Below are positions 21,510 through 32,020 of a DNA stretch of 64,000 nucleotides, in pieces. The notes under the pieces were generated by a model. That model did not search any database. It saw nothing but the letters and a program-made list of their open reading frames with translations, and had not been told where the DNA came from. The translations under genes and the position numbers were made by a program. Position 1 is the stretch's first letter, and the number at the start of each line of letters is the position of its first letter. The stretch is from positions 10,255 to 74,254 of the forward strand of contig CDMY01000450.1 in assembly GCA_001179505.1 (NCBI GenBank). The letters run 5' to 3'. This DNA comes from Vitrella brassicaformis CCMP3155 (Eukaryota; Protista; Chromerida).

Positions 21510-24275
21510 CTAATCGCCACCATCGGCACCGGCATCGGCATCAGTCTTAGCTCTCTTCTCGCGATGCTCCTGTAGCCCGCACAGAGACCAAGAAGAAACA
21601 CCCACACCAACAAACAGATCAAAAGCATCTTCATCTGTTGATGCATGCGCCGCGCCGCGCACCCACCAGTGCTTCTCCGTCGGCCGCCCCTTCTGCTTCC
21701 TCGTCCAGTCCCAGATCCATGTCGATGTCAATCTCCTCGTCAGCACCGCCCTGATACACACACACATCCGGATGCAGTCAATACCACATCGATCCGATGC
21801 GCTGCCTGGCTCACCGCAGCTGGTCTCGGGGCAGGAGGAGGTGGTGGTGGTGGTGGTGGGCGGGCAAACAGAGGAGGGGCAGGTGGCTGCCGTGGTGGTG
21901 CTTGTGGCCTTGGTGGTGGGGCGTGTTGGTCTCTGGCATCCCATGTATCTTCGAGACTCAGCAGCCGCAGGAAGGCTCTCCGCTGGCCAGGGAGGTCTCG
22001 ATAGTCCCCGTCGGGCGACGTCCAGTGGGGCCACCGGCCATCTGAGGGGATGGGCGATTCGATTGGTCCACACACAAAGGCAGGCCCGGTACGTCCGCGT
22101 GTCGTGTTCGTGTCGTGTGAGTGTACCTTGCGCGTCCTGTTGCAGCCTCTCCTGCACATGGACGCGGTCATCGTCAGTCGGCGCACTGGACGAACCAACG
22201 AACGAACGAACGAACGAAGGAATATGGAACGAACAGCAGACAGAGGGTGTCACGTCACCCTTGTGTTGGTATGGTATGCTCTGTGTGTGCGCTGCGTACT
22301 GCACCGACCGTACCAGGTGTTGTGGGGCCTGTTGTGGGGCCCATATGGGATGTTCGGGTGGTTCGCACGCAGGATTGACAGCCACTCGGCATCGTAACTG
22401 CACCATACAGACGCGCAGAGAGAAACACCCGCACCTCACTCATCCCATCCACAGACCAGACCCTTTTCCTCTCTGTTTCTCCAACGAACCGAATGCACAG
22501 CGGCTCAGAAGGTCCACTGCTCTCCTGCTGGGCGGATGACGCTTCTTGTGCAGCCCCGGCAGCATCGGCTCCTGCAGCTGCTGCTGCTGCTGAATCGCCT
22601 TGGGCATCCACGAGCGCGCTGCCATCGCTGCCATCGTTGTGGATGAGCCAGTGGCCAGCAGGGCATGTGTCAGACGGCATGTCGATGTCCAGGATCTGCA
22701 GGAAGGCTCCAGGCCGACGCTCATGCACCTTGTCCAGCGCCAGAAACCTGGACAAACAACACAACACACACAGGCGTAGAGATAGATTGGTGGGGTGATG
22801 TGATGGGGATCTCGATACATACGAACCTGGTTGCCTGGTGCCTCTGGTTAGGGTTGTTTCCATTGGGTGGCTGGTGGTGTGGGATAATCGACGCGAACTT
22901 GACGTGGAGGTGGGCCGAGAACCAGAACCGGCTGCACGCAAGCAAGGAGGGAGGAGCACCACACATCACATCATATCACATCGCATTCGGTCCCTCCCTC
23001 GCCTTGTTGTGTTCACTTACGGTTTCATTTGCCTGAGCAGCAGCATGGCGGGAGTGTTGCCGAGCTGGTTCCTGTCCAGCTGCAACCAAGTGCAATAAAG
23101 GAAGGCGATGCGTGAATGTGCGTGTTGGTCTCTTGGTCTGGTGCACTCACGTCATCTTTGAAGAATGGCTTCTTCTGAATGAGGCCCTGACGGTCACCAT
23201 AGTCCACCACACCTGCAGGCCACGCACACACGCACTCACCCGCCACTCATTGCATGGCATGAGCAGGCGCGTCCCGGCTCGGTGCGTGTCGTGTCGTGTG
23301 TACCGTTTGGCCAGTCGTGGCTGAGCATGACATCCACAGGCTCTCTCACCTATAGTCATACACATAATCAAATCACCTACCTGTCAATGAACACTGCATC
23401 AATAGCCAGCCTGTTCCTCTCCATTGCTGATCTGCCGACCTCGCCCAGTTTCTTGATCTCGAACTCCCGCGTGTGGCATGCCGTCCGCCGGGTCGAGTCG
23501 TCATACGGGATCTTCTCAAAGTAACCTGCACTCACACACACAGACAGACAGACACGTCACACACGTCACACACGTGAGTGTAATGAATGTACATTGCTTC
23601 TCTCCACCCACTGACCACCGAGTGTGACTGACTGACCTTTGTTGTAGTCGTACGGCTTGTAGATACCCGAGTAGCCTCCGATACGCAGATCCCCCACACG
23701 GACCACACCACTAGAGCCCAGGAAGAAGATGTTGGGCGCCACCCAGCCGCCGAAATACCTGAACGAGCAGAGCAGATCAACATCAAGTACCACTGGCAAC
23801 CGACTGCCCGTGCTGTTGATGCCCATGAGTGGGAGCGTACAGTTCTGAGAGGACGTTGGGTGCCTCATGGTTGCCTCCGACGAAGATGGTGAGGCATGGT
23901 GCCGTCTTGGCGCCCGAGTAGTATTCATGGAAGTCCATCATCTTGCGATACTTGGGAGGCATCGTCTGCCACTGCATGTCAGACTCAAAACGCGCCGACT
24001 GCACACACCGGATCACACACCGAATGCCTCGCAGTCCGAGTGGACGCTGTGTCTGAGGGATCTTGCCTGGAAGTCTCCACACATGAGCAGGAGGTCAACG
24101 GGCACTCCATCCCTCTGGCTGACGTCCTCCAGGGCACGATAGATGGCGTTGAGTTCGCCGTGGCAGCAGCCTTCAACACCAACCTGGAGAGAAGAAATGA
24201 AAGCACAAGCCGCACATTGCAATGACAGCAGAAGGTGCATCCAGCCGGAGCACAAGCATCCCATCTCACCCGCAT
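21510..24275 (-). CDS. DBR1: RNA lariat debranching enzyme, multi-exon
   Basis: Spliced MR|[15 protein letters not shown]...[102 protein letters not shown] read antisense as [21 protein letters not shown], and an acidic tail. The GNHE metallophosphoesterase motif and DBR1 N-terminus are present. Confidence 0.95.
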
Positions 24276-24574
24276 CGTCGATGGACCACCCGCTCTAAAA
24301 ACCACCCGCTTCAAAAACCAGATCTTGCGTGGCAGCAGTGAAAGGCATCGCAGGCCGAGCGGGAGTAGTTTTCCTTCCCCTTCCCCTCTGCCTTCCCCTC
24401 TCGAGCAGCGGTTTCAGGGAGGACACTACCCTCCGTCTGCGAGCTTAGAGAGGAAAGGGGAGAAGACAGAAAAGGGGAGAGACGAGAAAGAGGCTGTCTG
24501 GCGAACTGTCCTGAGGCATCTATCACGTGTCCATCGGCATCTATTCATCAGCTCACGTTTGTTCAAGCCACAAC

Positions 24575-25400
24575 ATGAGCATCGTCACATCGCCCCACAA
24601 CGGTAGGGCCGCCCTGCTGATTCCCCTGCTGATTCCCCTCGATGACTCCTCTCGTCACGATCGCGCTGCTCTGCCGGATCTGCCAGAGGCCAAAAAGGTG
24701 AGACCGGGAAAACAGGCCAATGCGTCCATCCTTTGTGCTCATTCCGTGTGTTCTTTTGCTGCTTACAGCCCGGCTGGATCAACTTCTGTGCGCTCGTCGT
24801 GACCCACCAGCTGTGGTACTTCGTTCCGCTGCTGTTTGCCGTGGTCCCTTCGTCCGCTGTGGCGTGGGTGGGCCTGTCTCTCGCGGCAACTTGCTGTATA
24901 GCGGCGTGCGAGTGGTCGTACTGCAAGGGGATGGCCGTTGTGGCGGCGTCATGCGGTGCATACTTCCCCCCAACGGCAAGGCGGCGTGCTACGCGGCAAG
25001 CCACATCATAACATTGCTGTGGACAAATGCTCTACTCAACTACCTTCCCTACCATTGTGATAGTCTTTCTGTGGTTTCCCTGGTGGTTTTGGCTCTGGCC
25101 GCTGTGTGTCTGCGGTGCGGTCGCTGTGTCGTTTCGTGTGACGAGGCTCCACGCGAGCGTGAACTCTCCCTTGAGGAGGCAATGGAAGTAGTGCGTGTAG
25201 AGGCGATTCAAGTGGCGAAGATTCAAGAGGCGAAGAACGCCGTGTACCGTGTGGCCGACTGGTGTGTCGTTCTGCCACTACTGTGCATGTCATTGTTGGC
25301 CGGTCAGATGCTGATCTGGTGGATCTACATGGGAATCTTTCTCTTCGCTGAGCTGGTTCGGTGCTGTCGTGGTCTGTGTGATGACACGATTTCTCAGTAG
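24575..25400 (+). CDS. Hypothetical multi-pass membrane protein; apparent 1-bp frameshift in a C6 run near 24966-24971
   Basis: Exon 1 (24575-24697) splices in phase 0 to PGWINFCALVVTHQLWYFVPLLFAVV... This frame stops at 25011, while an alternative frame continues with several hydrophobic segments to 25400. Confidence 0.45.
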
Positions 25401-26210
25401 CTGACTGCACGGGCACGGGATCGCGCAATCGGCGCGCTGCACGGAGGTCTTCTACGGGTTGTGTTGCATGCCATGAGACGGATGAGGTGTTGTGTGAGGT
25501 AGGTAGCTATAGGTGGTGTGTGAAGATCCTCTGTCAAGACATGTACGCATCCATTGTGTACACGAACAATGCATCTCTACATGGATCGTGTATACGTACC
25601 GTGTTGCTGCATGTTGCTGTCGTTCATGTCGGAGAGATCTGACGTGAGGGCGAAGTAGAGAGTACGTTGGACGATCATGAACCAGTTCCTTTGTTTGATG
25701 AAATTGATGAGTCAATCCACTCATTCATTCGTTCAGTCATCTCACTCAGGTCGAGCAGCTGTGCCTCGGTGTACTCACACACACGCACACATGCACACCG
25801 CTTTGCGCCAGTTGACGACCTGTGTTGTCTGACAGACTGACTGACTGACAGACTGACGATGGATGGATTGATGGATATGCATGGATGCGGAGCAAAACAA
25901 CAAGACAAGGCACAAGGCGGGACGGACAATGCTGTGGTCATGTACTGACTGATGCATGTACATACATACACGATTCTGGCTGGGGGAAATGGTTTCGTCT
26001 TTGCAATGCGCACCGGTCTGTTCCTGCGTCAGAAGGTGTCTCCATACTCACCTTATCTGACCGAGGAGCAGATCGAGGCAGCAGACGAGAAACGACTCAA
26101 ATCGCGGCCTGTTCATCAGCATCAGCTCCTCCTGTGGGCGTCTCGGGCGTGTGTCCCCGTAAAACCGAACTCGGTTTGGGGGCTTCTTTCAGGTTGTTTG
26201 TGCGGCTGCA

Positions 26211-29200
26211 ATGGCTACATCCGCCCCGTCATCGCGTCAGGGCGGCCCAAGTCAGCCAGTCGTCCCCCATGATAGTGAAGGAACCTCGACGGGAACAGGA
26301 AGCAGCTCGGGTTCGTGCCACAACAGTTCTTACAACACCAACATGTCCAGCAGCCCACCGTCTCCCTCTCCACTCGCTTTAGCGGCCGGCGGAGCCCAGA
26401 GCGGACCCTTCGCGCCCAACGGACCTGCCCCCATGCAGACCAGCAGTCCAAGGGCTCCCTCAGACCAAGCTCCCCTTCACCAACAGCACCAGCAACCTCA
26501 GCAGTCATCTATCAAGCCGTCTGAGCCCCAGTCCTTCGCCCACCCCTTTGCCGTCCCCACCACCGTCCCCCCAAATGCGGCCCATCCGTTCAGCGTGCCG
26601 CCAGTGCCGCGCTACCCCCCTCCCCCGCCCTCCCCCTCGCCAGGAAGCGCAGGCGATTCGCCGACGAGCACTGCCAGCAGCATGCACACACCGTATCGCA
26701 GGGAGCCGACCCTGATCCAGTCGGTTGCCGACATCAACGACATCTACCAGATGAACGAGAAACTCGGCAGCGGATAGTAAGCTAATGACCACACAGCACA
26801 ATGGGGCCAGAGAAACATGTTATGTGCATCGATTGCATTCGTGTGGTGTTTGGTGCAGCACTGGGGAAGTGTTTGACGCCGTGTGCCTGCGGACCGACCA
26901 GCAGCGCGCCATCAAACGCATCCACAAGACACGGCAGAAGTACATAGCACCCACACCCCCACATGGACACACAACACACACGCTCTCTCTGATTGCATCT
27001 CTCATTCTGTCCATCCAGGTTGGTTGTGGACGAGTCGTACTTCCGTGACATCTACGACTTCATCATTTGCCGCGGCCACCCCAACTTGGTCAACATCCGT
27101 GAGGTGCTCGAGGACTCCGAACACTTCTACATCGTGATGGAGAAGTGCAAGGGGCCCGACTTGGTGGACTTCGTGAAGTCGTTCGAGCCGGGCGGCATCC
27201 CGGAAGCGGACTGCAAGCGGATCATGAAGAACATACTCGCTGCTGTCCGACACCTGCATCAGCATAGGGTAAGCGAGTGGGGCAATGGAGGGATGGGTGG
27301 GTGGCCGACCTGGTGCCACGTGTCTCCGCTCCCTCCGCCAATCATCTATCTCATTTCTCCACCTCTCCGTATGTGTGATGTGTGATGTGTGGATGTGTGT
27401 GTTGGTCTGTCAGCTTCTGCATCGTGATATCAAGCTTGATAATGTGATATTCCAGGACAGGCCTCGGAATGGAGGTCAGGTGGTGCTCCTGGACTTCGAT
27501 ATGTGTATGTTTATCGACCGAGCCGACCCCCCCAAGACCGTCGAGAAGGAGGACAAGGTCTCTGTAGCCGGCACACCAAGATACACGGTCAGTAAGGAAA
27601 GCAGGGAGGGACACAAAAAGACGGGCAATCAGTGAGGATGCCTGTGGCTGTGTGTGTGCAGGCGCCTGAGTGTTACAAGGGTCAGTACACCCCAGCGTCT
27701 GACCTCTGGTCGTGCGGCGTAATCCTGTAAGTCAGACAGCTAGACATTGAGACACCAATGTCATCAAACCATCAACACACACAAGCATGCCGTGATGTGT
27801 GCAGGTACGCGTTGCTCACTCGTCGCTTCCCGTTCAACCTGACCCAGTGCAAAAGCAACCAGGAAGTGCAGGAGGTCCTCAGACAGGTAAGAATGAGTGC
27901 GAGATGCTTTGCACACGCAATGGATTCCTATGCTTATGTCCCATTCATCTGTCTGTGTGTGTGTCAGGGTGTCAAGTTCGAGGACGCCGTGGTGCAGCGG
28001 TTCCCGGCGGCCACCGACCTCATAAGCTGGCTCCTCACCTACAACCCCAATGACAGACTATCCTCAGGTAGATCACACAGAGACTAAAGTTCTGCCACCT
28101 GGGTGCCGTGGGAGACGTGCCTGTGTCATGTGTGTGTCAGCTCAAGAGGCGTTGGATCATTTCTGGTTTAGACCGTCCCTCTTGGGCCGTCCCTACCCCC
28201 TCATCAAGGCGCCACCGCCCCCACCAGGGATGTGTCAGGCCCCCCCTGGCATGGCGCCCCCTGGCATGGCGCCCCCTGGCATGGCGGCCCCTGGCATGTC
28301 GCCCGCCGGTGGAGCCCAGGGCAGAACCTTCGCGCCAAACGGACCTGCCCCCATGCAGACCAGCAGCCCAGAGGCCATCTCACACTTAGCTCTCCTCCAC
28401 CAACAGCAGCCGCCGTCATCCCTCCAGCCGTCTGAGCCCTCGTCCTTCGCCCACGGCCCCTTTGGCCTCCCCACCACCGTCCCCCCAAATGTGGCCCATC
28501 CGTTCAGCGTGCCGCCAGTGCCGCGCTACCCCCCTCCCCCGCCCTCCCCCTCGCCAGGAAGCGCAGGCGATTCGCCGACGAGCACTGCCAGCAGCATGCA
28601 CACGCCGCATCGCAGGGAGCCGACCCTGATCCAGTCGGTTGCCGACATCAACGACATCTACCAGATGAACGAGGAATTCGGCAGCGGACAGTAAGCTAAT
28701 GACCACACAGCACAATGGGGCCAGAGAAACATGTTATGTGCATCGATCATTCGTGTGGTGTTTGGTGCAGCACTGGGGAAGTGTTTGACGCCGTGTGCCT
28801 GCGGACCGACCAGCAGCGCGCCATCAAGCGCATCCACAAGACACGCCAGAAGTACATACCACCCGCACCCCCACATACACACATCCGGTTCCCTGGACAT
28901 ACACGCTCTCTCTGATTGCATCTCTCATTCTGTCCATCCAGGTTGGTTGCGAATGAGTCGTACTTCCGTGATATCTACGACTTCATCATTCGCCGCGGCC
29001 ACCCCAACATGGTCGAGATCCGTGAGGTGCTCGAGGACCCCGAGCACTTCTACATCGTGATGGAAAAGTGCGAGGGGGCTGACCTGGTGGACTTCGTGAA
29101 GTCGTTCGAGCCGGGCGGCATCCCTGAGGCGGACTGCAAGCGGATCATGAAGGACATACTCTCTGCTGTCCGACACCTGCATGAGCATAGGGTAAGTGGG

Positions 29201-32020
29201 TGGGGCAATGGAGGGAGGGATGGATGGGTGGGTGGCCCACCTGCGCATGTCTCCCTCCCCACCAATCATCTCACTTGTCCATCTCTCCCTGCGGTGTGTG
29301 TGTCAGCTACTGCATCGTGATATCAAGATGGACAACGTGCTTTTCAAGGACCGGCCTGGAGGTCAGGTGGTGCTCCTGGACTTCGATATGTGCATGTTTA
29401 TCGACCGAGCCGACTCCCCCAAGACCGTCGAGGAGGAGGACAAGGTCTCTGTAGTCGGCACAAGAGAGTACATGGTACGCAACAAGGGAAGCAAGCAAGA
29501 CAGCAGCAACGGGCAGACAGTGGGGAAGATGTCTTCGGCTGTCTGTGTGTGTGCAGACTCCTGAGTGTTACAAGGGTCAGAAGGGTCAGTACACCCAGGC
29601 GTCAGACCTCTGGGGATGCGGCGTCATCCTGTAAGTCAGAGAGAGAGAGACACCAATGTCATCAAACCATCAACACACACAAATCATCATCACACCCTCT
29701 GTGTGTGCAGGTACGTGTTAATCACTGGTAATTTCCCATTCATCCTGTCCGAGTGCAAAAGCAGCCGGGAAGTGCGAAGGGTTCTCAGACAGGTAAGGAT
29801 GAGCGCGAGACGCTTTACACACACACAACGGATTCATATGCTCGCGCGTGTGTCAGGGTTTCCTCAAGTTCGAGGACGCCGTAGTGCAGCGTTTCCCTGC
29901 TGCCACCGACCTCATAAGCTGGCTCCTCACCTACCACCCCAATGACAGACTATCCTCAGGTAGATCGCACAGAGAGAGGAGCTCTGCCACCTAGGTGCCG
30001 TGGGAGACGTGCCTGTGTCACGTGTGTGTTGTGTCAGCTCAAGAGGCGTTGGATCATTCCTGGTTTGGACCGTCCCTCTTGGGCGAGCCCTGCCCCCTCA
30101 CCATGCCAACCATGTGGCCCCCTGGCATGTCGCCCCCTGGCATGTCGCCCCCTGGCATGTCGCCCCCTGGCATGTCGCCCCCTGGCATGGCGCCCCCTGG
30201 CATGGCGCCCCCTGGCATGGCGCCCCCTGGCATGGCGCCCCCTGGCATGGCGCCCCCCGGCAGCTCCCCTGTGCACAACCCATTCGCCCACGTGTCGCCG
30301 AACCCATCGCCATCCCCGCTGACGCCGCGAGCACAATCGCTGGAGCTGCCCCACGACGGCCACCCCGTCCACCCACATCGGCAGCCAGTAAGCAGATGAG
30401 ATGCGCACAGCAACACGAAAGATTTGGGGGGGAGATTATTTGGAATGTGTTGTGACTTCGTGTGTGCCTGTGAGTGTCCGATGCAGGCCCTGACAGTTGA
30501 GATGGGGAACCATGCGTCCAATCAGAGCCAGGGCAGCTCACCCACCCCGCAGCCCAGCCCCACTCACCAGCAGCAACGCCACAACACATCCGGGAGCGAC
30601 AGTGCGGAGGGCCTCATCTCGCCCAACGCCATCAGCCGTCTGGACCAGGCCATCAGACACACCGTGGATGGTGACATGGGTGGGGAGGGGCTGGTGTCCA
30701 TGGGGCTGGTCGGCATGGGCCATGAGGGCGGTGACGACGGGCGGGGGATGGACATGGACGAGGCGGACGGCCGCTCATTCACTGACGCACACAGCAACCT
30801 GGGAGCCGGCACTGCTGGTACGTCAGGAAAGGCACCACAATACCCCCTCCCACCACACTCGTCAGAGGTAGTTCTGTGCCATGCCTTTGTCGTGTTGTGT
30901 GCAGAGTTGATGAGTCCGGCCTTCTCTCACTCGACCGGCCCGGCTGATGTGACCAATTTCAGCAGCACAGCCCCATCACTGCAGCAGCCCCCATCACTGC
31001 AGCAGCCCCAGGCACTGCCCCAGCCAGGCATTCCATCGCAGAAGAGAAGTGCAGCGCTGACCGCCGCCGCTGGGCAGCAGCAGCGGCAGCAGCAGAACTT
31101 CTTCGCGTTGATCCCGTCCTCTCTATCGCTCATGGATGAGGGGCAGGGTGCCAGTGGGGCGGGGCGGGGGCAGGGACAGGATGCATCTAGCAGCATCACT
31201 GGCACAGGTGGGTGGGTCTGACGGTTGGCTTGGTGGTGCTCGCTCATGTGTCTCGGTCGTGTCTCATTCTGGTCGATCAGGTGGTGCCAAGTTGGTTCCG
31301 ATCGGTCGCACCTGGCAGACGGGCAGTGCTGCCAGTACTGCGGAGCCCCAGACGAATCCCAAGCAAGAGTCACCCAGTGTGGCATGTAAGTGAAAAATTG
31401 GCTGATCAATCACCAATGGGACGCACTTTTGCGTGTCTCTTTCCTCCTTTGCTTTTTCAACCCAGGTTGTGAGTTGCTGAGCCCGACGCTCGGTCACGGC
31501 ACTATGACGGTGGGCAGCAGCGGGTCAGCTCTCTTCGACTCATCTCACGTGGCCACCCTCGCACTCTCCCACACCCCCCAGTCCCTATGGCCAGGCATCA
31601 CACACTTGGGCCCCCACATCCAGGGCAACGGGAGTGGGGGTATCCTCGCCCCGTGGGAAGACTCACGGCCACAGACCATGACGGCACTGCTGACCGGGGC
31701 CGCTGGGCAGCAGCAGCAGGACTCGTTCACGTGGCCTCGGTCATCTCTGTCGCTCATGGATGAGGGGAAAGGTGCCACTGGGACGGGGATGGGACAAGGA
31801 ATGGCTGGCAGGGCACAGGATGCATCTAGCAGCTCCACTGGCACAGGTGGGTGGGTCTGAAGGTTGGCTTGGTGGTGCTCGCTCATGTGTCTCGGTTGTG
31901 TCTCGTTCTGGTCGATCAGGTGGTGCCAAGTTGGTTTCAATGAGTCGCAGTCGGCAGAGTAAGGGTGGTGCCGGGCTGTGTATGTGCATGGGGAGTGGGT
32001 TGTGCGCTGCATGTCAATGA
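26211..32020 (+). CDS. Tandem dual-domain Ser/Thr protein kinase (CAMK/CDPK-like, DFD variant) with PPGM repeats and a long Q/G/S-rich tail
   Basis: Kinase 1: GSGYTG, AIK, HRDIKLDN, DFD, APE, DLWSCG. Kinase 2: GSGHTG, AIK, HRDIKMDN, DFD, TPE, DLWGCG. One exon (~28141-28691) links the end of domain 1 to the start of domain 2 in frame. CCA|GTAAGC at ~30387 splices in phase 0 to ALTVEMGNHAS at 30487, adding the tail. Both gene ends are uncertain. Confidence 0.85.
26385..30260 (+). repeat. Tandem intragenic duplication of a 1920-bp exon-intron unit
   Basis: GCCGG(C/T)GGAGCCCAG starts at 26385 and 28305. Exons and most introns align between units, for example GTAAGCTAATGACCACACAGCACAATGGGGCCAGAGAAACATG in both. 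Confidence 0.95.
30121..30255 (+). repeat. Coding minisatellite, 9 x 15 bp (CCTGGCATG[T/G]CGCCC), encoding PPGMS x4 and PPGMA x5
   Basis: Units can be counted directly. About 4 related units lie at ~28241-28303, at the duplication junction. Confidence 0.97.
31057..31940 (+). repeat. Second intragenic duplication (period about 630-640 bp) in the kinase tail
   Basis: GCTGGGCAGCAGCAG...TCGCTCATGGATGAGGGG...GATGCATCTAGCAGC..ACTGGCACAG|GTGGGTGGGTCTGA...TCGATCAG|GTGGTGCCAAGTTGGTT occurs at ~31070-31300 and ~31700-31937, with the intron almost identical. Confidence 0.92.

Noticed and set aside
26770-26780. Apparent in-frame TAG in the Gly-rich loop of kinase 1 (readthrough or recoding?)
   Set aside because: A phase-2 intron (TA|GTAAGC...CAG|C) gives TAC (Tyr). 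The second unit has CA|C (His) at the same junction.
30121-30255. 15-bp repeat array as a CRISPR or non-coding satellite
   Set aside because: There are no spacers, and the unit is a multiple of 3 in frame within a eukaryotic exon.
30502-32020. Separate myristoylated protein starting MGNHAS
   Set aside because: A strong donor at ~30387 and an in-frame acceptor at 30486 attach it to the kinase gene. An independent start is not fully excluded.
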